DNA of 64,000 bases from Ignavibacteriota bacterium (lineage in GTDB: Bacteria > Bacteroidota > Ignavibacteria > UBA10030 > UBA6906). The notes beneath the pieces were generated by a model that was given only the letters and a program-made list of their open reading frames with translations, was not told where the DNA came from and ran no database searches. The translations under genes and the position numbers were made by a program. Positions within the stretch are counted from its first letter, which is position 1. Each line of letters opens with the position of its first letter. This document shows, in pieces, positions 40,111-49,485 of the stretch. Location: assembly GCA_963801355.1 (NCBI GenBank), contig CAWDEM010000008.1:2304001-2368000 (forward strand), written 5' to 3'.

Positions 40111-41286
40111 TTACTTGCCTTTGGTAAGGCGATCGTACTTCTCAAAAGCGGCCTTCGACTTCTCCACCATGTTCAGATTTGCATAGACCTTGCCAAGTTG
40201 CTGCAAGAGACCGAGATCATCAGCACGGTTTTCCTGTGCCTTCTCAAGGTACGGCACTGCTTCCTTGAACTTCTCCTTGTAGGACATATCCAACTTCACA
40301 TCCTTGCCCTTGTTCTTCAAGCGTTCCGCCTCGGCTTTCTTGTCTGATTCCGTCTTCATAACGACACCCCAGTTGAGATACGATACGCCGAGGTTGTAAA
40401 CAGCATCGCCGTAGGCCGGATCGATTTCCACTGCCTTCTTGAACTGCTCAATAGCTTCCGGAAAATTCTCCTGGTTCAGTAGGAATGTGCCATAGGCATA
40501 GCGGAAGATTTTGTTGTTCGGCTCCTTCTGGACCGCATTCTTCGTCAGGTCAAGAGCTTTTTCGGTGTTCTTCGCGCGCCCGTAAACATCAATCAGGTTG
40601 ATGATATTGTCCGCATTGTTGGGATTGGCCTTGTACGCCTTCTCAAACATCTGAGTCGCCAGCGCCAGTTCCGATTGCGCTCCAGCTTCATCCTTCGCAG
40701 TGGCGCGGTCCGTTGACATGTTGTAGTGCACCTGGCCCGCGAGACGGGCTGCCTCCTCAAAATCCGGGCTCAACTTGACTGCCCGCTCGAGATCCGTGAT
40801 GGCGGCCTTCAGATTTTGTTGTGCATAGTAAGCCAATGCACGAACGTAGTATGTCCCCGAACTGTCCGGCACCATGGCAATCGCCGTGCTGAAGCGATCC
40901 ACGGCTTTCTGGTAGTACTCGGCTGTGTCGCGGCCTTTGTTGTACAGGCCGACACCTTCGTTGTACATCATGGCCCAGATCGCCAGACGGTTGCGTGCGA
41001 TGTCTGGCTTGTGCACATCGCCAAGCTCGAGAGCGCGTGCGTACGCCTCGTTCATCTCGGCATATTTCTTGACCTCAAGGCGGACTTGCCCTAAAAGGAA
41101 CCAGGCCTCTTCATTTTTGTCGTTCTTGGCCAGTTCTTTCACGAGGCTTGCCTCGGCCTTGTCCCACTGTTTCTGATTCATGTACAGCTTCGCGCTTGTG
41201 GTCTCGGCCGAGCCGCACTGGAATCCGGTTGTGGACATATATACAAAGGCCAGCAGCAAAAGGCCCAACGGCAAATAGCGTTTCAT
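40111..41286 (-). CDS. Tetratricopeptide repeat lipoprotein
   Basis: ATG at 41286 after AAGGAG; signal peptide ending TGFQC; multiple TPRs (AWFLLG, YYVRALA, AVYNLG). Confidence 0.85.
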   Translation of the reverse strand: MKRYLPLGLLLLAFVYMSTTGFQCGSAETTSAKLYMNQKQWDKAEASLVKELAKNDKNEEAWFLLGQVRLEVKKYAEMNEAYARALELGDVHKPDIARNRLAIWAMMYNEGVGLYNKGRDTAEYYQKAVDRFSTAIAMVPDSSGTYYVRALAYYAQQNLKAAITDLERAVKLSPDFEEAARLAGQVHYNMSTDRATAKDEAGAQSELALATQMFEKAYKANPNNADNIINLIDVYGRAKNTEKALDLTKNAVQKEPNNKIFRYAYGTFLLNQENFPEAIEQFKKAVEIDPAYGDAVYNLGVSYLNWGVVMKTESDKKAEAERLKNKGKDVKLDMSYKEKFKEAVPYLEKAQENRADDLGLLQQLGKVYANLNMVEKSKAAFEKYDRLTKGK

Positions 41287-41330
41287 GAGAACTCCTTGAA
41301 TGGGGGAACACGAGAAAAGAGGATCGTATA

Positions 41331-41359
41331 AATATATTGAAAACGTGCCGCAGAAGCAA
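41331..41359 (-). promoter_or_regulatory. Putative sigma70 promoter for the TPR gene
   Basis: Minus strand TTGCTT-N17-TATATT. Confidence 0.6.
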
Positions 41360-41372
41360 CAAACGGGCGTCA

Positions 41373-41414
41373 GGAATCCGCCCTGTGGAATCCGCCCCGC
41401 GGAATCCGCCCCGT
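41373..41414. repeat. 14-bp tandem repeat x3 in the divergent TPR/icd promoter region
   Basis: Units GGAATCCGCCCTGT / GGAATCCGCCCCGC / GGAATCCGCCCCGT. Confidence 0.85.
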
Positions 41415-41457
41415 GCCCATCATACCTCGCTGCCCATGAAATCATGCCTTTGTTTCG

Positions 41458-41486
41458 TTGACTTTTGCCCCTGTTTTGCTTAGGTT
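41458..41486 (+). promoter_or_regulatory. Putative sigma70 promoter for icd
   Basis: TTGACT-N17-TAGGTT, followed by SD AAAGGAG and the ATG at 41517. Confidence 0.55.
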
Positions 41487-41516
41487 TTGGCTCTGCAAAC
41501 CCAAAGGAGCCCCCTC

Positions 41517-42770
41517 ATGCCCACGTATACAAAGCTTGTCCCACCTTCCCATGGCGAACGCATCGTCATCAAGGACGGTCGGCTGCAAGTCCCGGACCAC
41601 CCGGTTATTCCCTTCATCGAAGGGGACGGTACCGGACCGGACATCTGGAAAGCATCACAGCTGGTCCTGGACGCCGCAGTAGCTAAGGCCTACGCCGGCA
41701 GACGGAAGATTGAATGGTTCGAAGTCTATGCAGGTGAGAAATCCAATGCGCTGTACGGTGAAAACACTTGGCTCCCCGAAGACACACTCGGAGCCATCAG
41801 GGAGTACCTCGTGGGAATCAAAGGACCCCTGACAACGCCGGTGGGTGGAGGCATTCGATCCATCAATGTGGCCCTGCGGCAGAAGCTCGATCTCTACGTC
41901 TGCCTCCGCCCGGTCCGCTATTTTAAGGGTGTGCCATCTCCCGTCAAGCGGCCGGAACTCGTAGATATGGTTATTTTCCGCGAGAATACGGAAGACATCT
42001 ATTCCGGCATCGAGTGGCAAGCGGGAACGCCGGAAGCAAAGAAAGTGGTGGAGTGGCTTCAAAAGGAAATGGGGGTCAAGAAAATCAGGTTCCCGGAAAC
42101 GTCAAGTATTGGGGTGAAACCCGTATCGAAGGAAGGGACCGAACGCCTTGTGCGCGCGGCAATCCAATATGCCATTGCCCAGAAGAGGAAATCGCTGACC
42201 CTTGTGCACAAAGGCAATATCATGAAGTTCACAGAGGGATCCTTCAGGGATTGGGGATACCAGCTCGGAAAAACGGAGTTCGCGGAACAGACCGTGGGCT
42301 GGGGTGAATGCGGGGGTATCCCCCCCGCCGGCAAGCTCCTCATCAAGGACGTTATCGCTGACGCATTTCTACAGCAGATTCTTACGCGACCCGGGGAATA
42401 CGATGTCATCGCCACCCTGAATCTGAACGGCGACTATATCTCGGACGCTCTTGCCGCTCAGGTGGGCGGCATTGGCATCGCCCCCGGCGGCAACATCAAT
42501 TACTCCAGCGGGCATGCGGTGTTCGAGGCAACACATGGCACAGCCCCCAAGTATGCGGGGCTCGACAAAGTGAACCCGGGCTCGATGATTCTCAGCGGTG
42601 AGATGATGTTCCGCTACCTCGGCTGGAGCGAGGCGGCCGACTTGATCTTGAACGCTCTCGAGAAAACGATTCAGTCAAAAATCGTCACGTATGATTTCGC
42701 CCGGTTGATGGAGGGAGCAAGAGAGGTGAAGTGCTCGGAATTCGCAAAGGCAATAGCCGGCAACATGTAG
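41517..42770 (+). CDS. icd: Isocitrate dehydrogenase (NADP, E. coli-type dimeric)
   Basis: Motifs [44 protein letters not shown] and [12 protein letters not shown]. Confidence 0.97.
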   Translation: MPTYTKLVPPSHGERIVIKDGRLQVPDHPVIPFIEGDGTGPDIWKASQLVLDAAVAKAYAGRRKIEWFEVYAGEKSNALYGENTWLPEDTLGAIREYLVGIKGPLTTPVGGGIRSINVALRQKLDLYVCLRPVRYFKGVPSPVKRPELVDMVIFRENTEDIYSGIEWQAGTPEAKKVVEWLQKEMGVKKIRFPETSSIGVKPVSKEGTERLVRAAIQYAIAQKRKSLTLVHKGNIMKFTEGSFRDWGYQLGKTEFAEQTVGWGECGGIPPAGKLLIKDVIADAFLQQILTRPGEYDVIATLNLNGDYISDALAAQVGGIGIAPGGNINYSSGHAVFEATHGTAPKYAGLDKVNPGSMILSGEMMFRYLGWSEAADLILNALEKTIQSKIVTYDFARLMEGAREVKCSEFAKAIAGNM

Positions 42771-42790
42771 GAGACCAGGGCAGATCGACG

Positions 42791-42830
42791 TTCGAAAGCC
42801 GACCGGCAGCATCGATCGGCTTTCGAATTT
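42791..42830 (+). terminator. Strong hairpin after icd (probable terminator)
   Basis: TTCGAAAGCCGA (42791-42802) pairs perfectly with TCGGCTTTCGAA (42816-42827); short T-run follows. Confidence 0.6.
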
Positions 42831-42881
42831 CTGCCGCCTCCCCCAGGAAACCTGCACCCAGGGAGTGCATAACGACCAGAG

Positions 42882-42908
42882 TTGGCAGCAGTCTCACGAG
42901 ACTGCTAA
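42882..42908 (+). promoter_or_regulatory. CIRCE-like HrcA operator
   Basis: TTGGCAGCA-N9-GACTGCTAA versus canonical TTAGCACTC-N9-GAGTGCTAA; directly upstream of the hrcA promoter. Confidence 0.7.
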
Positions 42909-42931
42909 AAGCCAAGTGTTTTTGGAGTTTG

Positions 42932-42960
42932 TTGACAAGAATGCGCAGATATCGTATCTT
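42932..42960 (+). promoter_or_regulatory. Sigma70 promoter for hrcA-grpE-dnaJ
   Basis: TTGACA-N17-TATCTT. Confidence 0.75.
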
Positions 42961-43003
42961 TTTCTATGAATACGGACGAAAAATGGGGCATCTCAACGTA
43001 TAG

Positions 43004-44050
43004 ATGGCAATGAACCTGAGTGATAGGGCACGAACCGTCCTGCACTACGTGGTGCATGACTTCATAGAGACCGCCACCCCGGTCGGTTCGCGGTTTATTT
43101 CGAAACGGCACGAAGATGTTCTCGGCCTCAGTTCCGCGAGCATTCGCAACATCATGTCCGATCTGGAAGATCTGGGATTCATCGGGCATCCCCACACGTC
43201 CGCCGGAAGGGTGCCAACGGACCGCGGGTACCGGTTCTATCTGGACAGCCTGATGCATATAGAGCAGGTTTCGCCCGACGAACAGCAAGCGATCCGCGAG
43301 GGATTGGATGCGGTACAAGATATGGAGGAAATGCTGCGGGAATCCTCGCGGCTGATCGGTAAGATCTCCCGTCAACTCTGTGTAGTGACATCACCCCATC
43401 TCAGCTCGGGTGTGCTGGAAAAACTGGAGCTCGTCCCCATCACGTCCAGCAGGATCCTGGTGGTCATCTCCATCAAGTCCGGCCTCGTGCGCACGATCAT
43501 GATGGAGGTGGGCGTCGAACTCAACCGCGGGCGTCTGGAAGAACTTGCCCGGCGGATGAACGAGAAACTGGGCGGCCTGACATTGCAGGAGATTCGTGAC
43601 ACGTTCGTGGAACGCATGAGGGACGCTCAGGATGAGCCCACCGGTCTCATCCGCCTGTTCATTGATTCCGTCGACAAGCTCTTCCTTCCCCCGCGCACGG
43701 AAAAACTCCACATTGGCGGAACCGAGCAACTCATCGAACAACCGGAATTCATGAACCCGAAAGAATTCCGCAGCGTTGTGGAACTGATCAACAACGAAGA
43801 ATTTATCATCCATGTCCTGCAGAAACATGAGGAAGCGGCTGCCGGGACACAGGTGACCGTGGGGACGGAAAACCTTGATGAAAAATTGAAAAGCTACAGC
43901 CTGGTGACGTCAACGTACGCCGTTGGTGATATCACGGGTTCCGTTGGCGTTATCGGTCCGACCAGAATGCAATACAACAAGATGATCCCGCTTGTGGACT
44001 ACGTCGCGCGGACGATTTCCGCGATGCTCTCGAATGAGAAGGTCCCGTGA
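43004..44050 (+). CDS. hrcA: Heat-inducible transcription repressor HrcA
   Basis: Motifs PVGSR, SSASIRNIM.DLE, PHTSAGRVPT.RGYR and GVIGPTRM.Y. Confidence 0.97.
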   Translation: MAMNLSDRARTVLHYVVHDFIETATPVGSRFISKRHEDVLGLSSASIRNIMSDLEDLGFIGHPHTSAGRVPTDRGYRFYLDSLMHIEQVSPDEQQAIREGLDAVQDMEEMLRESSRLIGKISRQLCVVTSPHLSSGVLEKLELVPITSSRILVVISIKSGLVRTIMMEVGVELNRGRLEELARRMNEKLGGLTLQEIRDTFVERMRDAQDEPTGLIRLFIDSVDKLFLPPRTEKLHIGGTEQLIEQPEFMNPKEFRSVVELINNEEFIIHVLQKHEEAAAGTQVTVGTENLDEKLKSYSLVTSTYAVGDITGSVGVIGPTRMQYNKMIPLVDYVARTISAMLSNEKVP

Positions 44051-44631
44051 TGGGTGAAGAAGAGGAATTGATGGAACCAACAAACGCCGAAGAACCAACC
44101 CCCGGGGAATCTTCACCCGCGGAGGCGGACCCGCTTGCCGCAATCCACCTCCAGCTCGAAGAGGCACAGCGTCTGGCTGATACGTTCAAGGACCAGTTGC
44201 TGCGCAAAGCTGCGGAGTTTGAGAACTACAAGCGACGGGTCGAGTCGGAGAATGCCGCCATCACGCGAAGCGCCAACGAAAGCCTTCTGTTTGCCCTGTT
44301 GCCGGTGTTGGACGATATCGCACGATCGTTGAAGGCCGGCAAAGAATTGAAAGACTGCGAAGCGTTTTATGCCGGCGTGGAAATGGTTCAGGGAAAATTC
44401 CTGAAGGTACTGGAACGGTACGGGGTCATCCCCTTCGCTTCAGAAGGGAAACCTTTCGATGTCGGTCTCCACGATGCGCTTCTGCAGATCCCGCGGGAGG
44501 ACGTGGATCCGCATACGGTCATCGAAGAAGTGGAGCGGGGATACATGATCTACGATCGCGTCCTGCGGCATGCCAAAGTTGTTGTGTCCGCTGCTCCAGA
44601 GGCCACGGAGGCATCAGATGGCCAAGCGTGA
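44050..44631 (+). CDS. grpE: Nucleotide exchange factor GrpE
   Basis: Motifs [25 protein letters not shown] and GY...[10 protein letters not shown]; start overlaps the hrcA stop (alternative GTG at 44047). Confidence 0.96.
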   Translation: MGEEEELMEPTNAEEPTPGESSPAEADPLAAIHLQLEEAQRLADTFKDQLLRKAAEFENYKRRVESENAAITRSANESLLFALLPVLDDIARSLKAGKELKDCEAFYAGVEMVQGKFLKVLERYGVIPFASEGKPFDVGLHDALLQIPREDVDPHTVIEEVERGYMIYDRVLRHAKVVVSAAPEATEASDGQA

Positions 44632-45784
44632 TTACTACGAGATCCTTGGTGTTTCACGTGACGCGTCACAGGATGAGATCAAGAAGGCCTACCGCAAGAT
44701 GGCGCTGCAGCACCATCCCGACCGCAATCCGGGGAGCAAGCAGGCTGAAGAGAAGTTCAAAGAAGCCGCCGAGGCCTATGAAGTTCTCGGGGACACGGCC
44801 AAGCGGCAGAAGTACGATCAGTATGGACATGAAGGCGTCCGCGGTACGGATTTCCGGCCGTTCACGGATGTGAATGACATTTTCAGCACATTCGGGGATA
44901 TTTTCGGCGGAGGGATGGGGGGCTCGATTTTCGACGAAATGTTCGGCGGCCAGACCCGCCACCGCCGCAAGGGCGGGCCGGCACCGGGATCGGACCTGAA
45001 GCTCCGGCTTAAGCTCACGCTGGAAGAGATTGCAACGGGAGTGGAGAAGACGCTGAAGGTGAAACGGTGGAAAGCCTGTGAATCGTGCAACGGCACAGGG
45101 GCACGGTCCGGTCAGTCCATGACCACCTGCCCCGTCTGCAATGGGGCAGGCGAAATCCGGCAAGTCTCCCGCTCGGTGTTCGGGCAGTTCGTGAACATCA
45201 CCGCCTGCCAGAACTGCGAAGGCGAGGGCCGGGTCGTCAAGGATCCCTGTACAACCTGCAAGGGTGATGGCCGGGTGCAGGGGGAGTCGACCATTAAGGT
45301 GAACATACCGGCGGGTGTGACGGAAGGCAACTATATTCCCCTGCGCGGCGAAGGTAATGTCGGCCGCCGCGGCGGCTCTTCGGGCGATATCATTGTGGTG
45401 ATCGAAGAGGAACAACACGAGTTTTTCACCCGTCGCGACAACGATGTGACCCTCGATGTCTACATCAGTTTCCCCGAAGCCGTCCTGGGAGCGGAAATTG
45501 AGGTGCCGACACTCAACGGGCGCTCACGGCTGAAAATCGATTCCGGCACAACATCCGGGACTGTCCTCAGGATGCGGGAGAAAGGAATCCCGCACCTCAA
45601 CAGCTTCGGCCGCGGAGACCAGCTCGTGCGGGTGAACGTCTGGGTGCCGAAGGTCCTGAATGCTCAAGAGCGCGCTGCCATCAAACAGCTTCTGAACTAC
45701 GAGCACATCGGGCCGGAGGGCGCAGCCGGTGGTGCGGACAAGAATCACCCCCCCTTTGCACGTGTGAAGAAGACGCTGTCCTGA
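44618..45784 (+). CDS. dnaJ: Chaperone DnaJ
   Basis: J-domain ([11 protein letters not shown]), G/F region and four CxxCxGxG repeats; ATG at 44618. Confidence 0.98.
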   Translation: MAKRDYYEILGVSRDASQDEIKKAYRKMALQHHPDRNPGSKQAEEKFKEAAEAYEVLGDTAKRQKYDQYGHEGVRGTDFRPFTDVNDIFSTFGDIFGGGMGGSIFDEMFGGQTRHRRKGGPAPGSDLKLRLKLTLEEIATGVEKTLKVKRWKACESCNGTGARSGQSMTTCPVCNGAGEIRQVSRSVFGQFVNITACQNCEGEGRVVKDPCTTCKGDGRVQGESTIKVNIPAGVTEGNYIPLRGEGNVGRRGGSSGDIIVVIEEEQHEFFTRRDNDVTLDVYISFPEAVLGAEIEVPTLNGRSRLKIDSGTTSGTVLRMREKGIPHLNSFGRGDQLVRVNVWVPKVLNAQERAAIKQLLNYEHIGPEGAAGGADKNHPPFARVKKTLS

Positions 45785-45790
45785 GGAATC

Positions 45791-46270
45791 ATGCACCTCC
45801 TGTTGCTTTTCCAGGAGAGATTCGGCTTCACCCGCACCGAACTCACTGCTGTGCTCGCGCTTGCGGCCTTATTTCTTGCGGGGTCGGCTATAAAGCTCTG
45901 GGGACCCGCCCCGACCCAAACGCCCGCCCGCCGGGCATTCTCGTATGCTCCGCTGGACAGCGAGTTCCTGGCGCTTGCACGAACGCCCGGGAATCCGGCG
46001 ACATCTCTGCGGCCGGTCCCGACGCCAAAGTCCCGCACGCCGCTCGCACGCGAAAGCATCGAACTGAATAGTGCCACTGTTGAAGAACTGCAGAAGCTTC
46101 CGGGTATCGGACCGGCACTCGCCGCGCGGATTGTTGCGTACCGTGAATCACATGGCGGATTCACTGCCGCCGGCGACGTCGGCAGAGTCAGAGGAATCGG
46201 GCCACGAACCCTTGATCGCATCCGGCCGTTCCTGCTCGTCAGATCCAGCCCGCGGTCCGGCGAACCTTGA
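45791..46270 (+). CDS. ComEA-family helix-hairpin-helix DNA-binding membrane protein
   Basis: N-terminal TM helix; motifs IELNSATVEELQKLPGIGP.LA.RIV.YR and VRGIGP. Confidence 0.88.
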   Translation: MHLLLLFQERFGFTRTELTAVLALAALFLAGSAIKLWGPAPTQTPARRAFSYAPLDSEFLALARTPGNPATSLRPVPTPKSRTPLARESIELNSATVEELQKLPGIGPALAARIVAYRESHGGFTAAGDVGRVRGIGPRTLDRIRPFLLVRSSPRSGEP

Positions 46271-46295
46271 CTTGCCACCTCGATTTTAACATATT
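46267..46295 (+). promoter_or_regulatory. Putative sigma70 promoter for a leaderless pilM-like/rsmD/coaD transcript
   Basis: TTGACT-N17-CATATT ends 5 nt before the ATG at 46301. Confidence 0.5.
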
Positions 46296-46300
46296 GACCA

Positions 46301-47191
46301 ATGCCACATTCGCCATCGACATCCGTTTCCACCATCGGTCTCAGTCTCGCCGACGGCGAGGCCCAGGCGGTGGACCTTTCCCTGACGCGCGCACTTCCCA
46401 CGATCAATGCGATCGCCGAGTGGGCGGGCGGCCTGCGGGAACAGCCGGCGGCTATTGCCGAACGGCTCGCCGCATTCATCGCCACGAATGATCTCGCAAC
46501 GGATCGCATCGCCGTAACCCTCGATACCGGTTTCCTTTTCACGCACGTCCTCCCCGTCCCCGCCGAGCAGGCCGATGCGTTGATGCACAAACACGCGCTC
46601 TGGGATCTTGCGCAGTTCTTTCCGGACGCCGTGGAAGGTGACTTCATCACGGATGTTCACCTGCTCCAACAAACGGTCACAGGCGATGCGCCGAGAATGC
46701 TCAGTGTGTCCGTACGGCGGGCTTTCGCGCGCGCTCTCCGGGAGGCCCTGGCGGCAAAGGGACTTACCCTGTCCATACTCGACGGCGACCATTTCAGCGC
46801 AGAACAGTATCTGGTCTCCCGGCATCCTGATGGACGCGAAGGTCTCGTCGCCCTCGTAGGACTCAAGCGCGAAAGGATGGATGTCAGTCTGCTCCTCGAC
46901 GGAGCTCTTCTCGATTACCGTTCCCGTGGTGAATGGACTCCCGAAGTGTATGCGGATGTGCTTGCCGAAAGCACGGCTCTTTGTGGACAACCCCGGAAAT
47001 TGTTCTTCTACGGCACCCGCGCGACTACGGAGATGGTCGATGCCCTCCGGGCCACCGGACCCACGCCGGTGGAAGTGCTGAATCCGTTCGCCGGCATGGA
47101 GCTACGGCCCGGCAATCCCCTGGCGAAACATTTTCTGGCTATGCCGCACAGATTCGTACCAGCCGTCGGCGCTGCTCTCCGGGAGGAGTAG
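46301..47191 (+). CDS. Hypothetical protein, divergent PilM-like (actin-fold) candidate
   Basis: C-terminal VEVLNPF...FVPAVGAALR resembles the PilM C-terminus; no clear ATP-binding motif. Confidence 0.5.
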   Translation: MPHSPSTSVSTIGLSLADGEAQAVDLSLTRALPTINAIAEWAGGLREQPAAIAERLAAFIATNDLATDRIAVTLDTGFLFTHVLPVPAEQADALMHKHALWDLAQFFPDAVEGDFITDVHLLQQTVTGDAPRMLSVSVRRAFARALREALAAKGLTLSILDGDHFSAEQYLVSRHPDGREGLVALVGLKRERMDVSLLLDGALLDYRSRGEWTPEVYADVLAESTALCGQPRKLFFYGTRATTEMVDALRATGPTPVEVLNPFAGMELRPGNPLAKHFLAMPHRFVPAVGAALREE

Positions 47192-47197
47192 AACGCC

Positions 47198-47785
47198 ATG
47201 CGTGTTACAGGAGGGAAATTCCGCGGGCGCATCCTGCGCACGGTCAACGATCTTTCAGTCCGCCCGGCAACCGATCGCGTGCGGCAGACGCTGTTCAACA
47301 TGCTGGTCAATCGTCTGGACTTCGACGACCTTGAGGTGCTGGACCTTTTCGCAGGGAGCGGGAGCCTCGGTATTGAAGCGTTGAGCAGGGGGGCGGCCCG
47401 GGCGGTATTCGTGGAAGGAAACCGTCAGGCGGTGGAATTCCTCGAACGCAATCTCGACCAGCTGGGCTGCACCGACAGCTCCGAAGTGCTCGGTGTCGAC
47501 GCCGTCACGTATCTTGGTCAATCGGGCGACAGTTTTGGATTAGTCTTCGCCGACCCGCCGTATGGGTTCGAGGCAACGGAGAGGTTGCCGGACATCGCGT
47601 TCTCGCGCGGGGTCGTCGCACCCGGCGGGTATCTGCTCATCGAACATACGACGGACCTGCGCTTCCAGGATACACCGCTGTATGCCGTTGGTCCGGTCAA
47701 GAAATTCGGACGGACGGTGGTGACGTTCTTCACAGAAAAGGGATTTCATGAAACGACCGATCGCGATTTACCCCGGGACGTTTGA
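47198..47785 (+). CDS. rsmD: 16S rRNA m2G966 methyltransferase RsmD
   Basis: Motifs MRVTGGKFRGR, RPATDRVR, LDLFAGSGSLGIEALSRGA and FADPPY. Confidence 0.96.
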   Translation: MRVTGGKFRGRILRTVNDLSVRPATDRVRQTLFNMLVNRLDFDDLEVLDLFAGSGSLGIEALSRGAARAVFVEGNRQAVEFLERNLDQLGCTDSSEVLGVDAVTYLGQSGDSFGLVFADPPYGFEATERLPDIAFSRGVVAPGGYLLIEHTTDLRFQDTPLYAVGPVKKFGRTVVTFFTEKGFHETTDRDLPRDV

Positions 47786-48239
47786 CCCTATCACCTACGG
47801 GCATATGGATGTTGTCGAACGGGCGGCCCAGCTCTTCCCGCACGTGATCATTCTCGTCGCGCTCAATGCATCCAAACAACCCCTCTTTTCAGGGGACGAG
47901 CGCATTGCCATGGTGCGTGAGGTTTTCCGGAAAAAGCCGGGAATCGAGGTGGAAGGATTTGACGGGCTGCTGGTGGACTACGCGAGGAGGCGGCATGCGT
48001 CAGTCCTGATTCGCGGCCTTCGTGCGGTGTCGGATTTTGACTACGAATTTCAAATGGCCCTGACGAACAGAAAGCTCTCCGCGACTCTCGAGACGATCTT
48101 TCTCGTCCCGCGGGAGCAGTACACGTACCTGAATTCCAGTATTGTGCGGGAGCTCGCGCGGCTGGGCGGCGATGTGACCGACTTCGTGCCTGCCAACGTC
48201 CGCAGACGGCTCAAACGGAGATTCGCACAACCCGGGTAA
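47748..48239 (+). CDS. coaD: Phosphopantetheine adenylyltransferase
   Basis: Motifs YPGTFDPITYGH, IRGLRAVSDFDYE and SSIVRE. Confidence 0.97.
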   Translation: MKRPIAIYPGTFDPITYGHMDVVERAAQLFPHVIILVALNASKQPLFSGDERIAMVREVFRKKPGIEVEGFDGLLVDYARRRHASVLIRGLRAVSDFDYEFQMALTNRKLSATLETIFLVPREQYTYLNSSIVRELARLGGDVTDFVPANVRRRLKRRFAQPG

Positions 48240-48309
48240 CGACCCTGTCCGGATCGTCCCGGGGCGGCGCCATGTGTCATCACCTCACCCGGAGAGAGGA
48301 AGCGGTGGT

Positions 48310-48717
48310 ATGCCAACGTATCAGTATCTCTGCAAGTATTGTGGCCACGAACTCGAAGAATTCCAATCCATCACCGCGGAACCCCTCAGCGTGTGCCCGC
48401 ACTGCGGGACGCCGAATCTCGCACGTATGATGGGCACCGGCGGGGGGCTCATTTTCAAAGGGAGCGGATTCTATCTGACGGACTACAAGAAGAGCCCGGG
48501 ACCCGGAGAGAAGAAAGCACCCGGGGGGAAGAAAGAACCGGGGGAGAAAAAGGAACCGGGAGAGAAGAAAGAACCGGAAGCGAAGAAAGAACCGGACGCA
48601 AAGAAGGAATCGGATGTGAAGAAGGAATCGGACGCAAAGAAGGAATCAGATGCAAAGAAAGAATCGGAGGCAAAGAAGAAATCCGCCAGAACACCCGGGA
48701 AAAACGAAAACCTGTAA
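48310..48717 (+). CDS. FmdB-family zinc-ribbon protein with repetitive Lys/Glu tail
   Basis: MPTYQYLCKYCG..CPHCG..FKGSGFY.TDY, followed by hexapeptide repeats. Confidence 0.88.
   Translation: MPTYQYLCKYCGHELEEFQSITAEPLSVCPHCGTPNLARMMGTGGGLIFKGSGFYLTDYKKSPGPGEKKAPGGKKEPGEKKEPGEKKEPEAKKEPDAKKESDVKKESDAKKESDAKKESEAKKKSARTPGKNENL
48505..48684 (+). repeat. 18-bp tandem repeat x10 (xxKKE[P/S])
   Basis: GEKKAP GGKKEP GEKKEP GEKKEP EAKKEP DAKKES DVKKES DAKKES DAKKES EAKKKS. Confidence 0.9.
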
Positions 48718-48723
48718 ACCCCT

Positions 48724-49485
48724 TCACTCGTACCTGTCGAGTTTGAAATTCTCTCCGAGATAGAGTTTCCTCGCTTCCGGATCGTTTGCCAGAAACTCGG
48801 ACGTTCCCTCCTTAAGAATCCTCCCCTCGAAGAGCAGATACGCACGGTCGGTGATCGAAAGCGTTTCATGTACGTTGTGGTCGGTCACCAGCACGCCGAT
48901 GTTGCGCTCCTTCAGGTTGGCCACGATCTTCATGATATCCTCGACAGCAATCGGGTCAATTCCCGCGAATGGCTCGTCCAGCAGGATAAACCCGGGCCTC
49001 CCGGCCAGGGCCCGGGCGATCTCCGTCCTGCGACGTTCGCCGCCTGACAGCATATACCCTCTGCTCCGGGCAAGATGAGTGATGTTGAAGTCCGACATCA
49101 GCTGTTCGCACTGCTGCTTGCGTTCCGCGGACGAGAGATCCATGACCTGCAGAATCGACAGGATGTTTTCCTCGACGGTCATCTTCCGGAACACCGAGGC
49201 CTCCTGGGGGAGATACCCGATGCCCATGCGCGCACGCTTGTACATGGCCATACGCGTGATGTCCATACCGTCCAGCATGACTTTCCCGCCATTCGGCCGG
49301 ATCATTCCGACGATCATATAGAATGTGGTCGTCTTCCCTGCACCGTTGGGGCCGAGGAGACCGACCACCTCGCCCTGCCGGACTGAGACGCTGACATCCC
49401 GCACCACCGTCCGGTTCTTGTACTTCTTGATGAGGTCGTCTGCCCTGAGCAATCGCCCGGCAGCCGGAGTCTGGAGAGAGTTCAT
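48724..49485 (-). CDS. lptB: LPS export ABC transporter ATPase
   Basis: Motifs [38 protein letters not shown] and TDHNV.ETL. Confidence 0.97.
   Translation of the reverse strand: MNSLQTPAAGRLLRADDLIKKYKNRTVVRDVSVSVRQGEVVGLLGPNGAGKTTTFYMIVGMIRPNGGKVMLDGMDITRMAMYKRARMGIGYLPQEASVFRKMTVEENILSILQVMDLSSAERKQQCEQLMSDFNITHLARSRGYMLSGGERRRTEIARALAGRPGFILLDEPFAGIDPIAVEDIMKIVANLKERNIGVLVTDHNVHETLSITDRAYLLFEGRILKEGTSEFLANDPEARKLYLGENFKLDRYE

Noticed and set aside
42853-42869. TGCACCC-AGG-GAGTGCA as a second CIRCE
   Set aside because: The spacer is far shorter than 9 nt and the outer TTA/TAA bases are missing.
48505-48684. Possible CRISPR array or non-coding repeat
   Set aside because: The units are contiguous 18-mers with no spacers, in frame within a CDS, and there are no cas genes.
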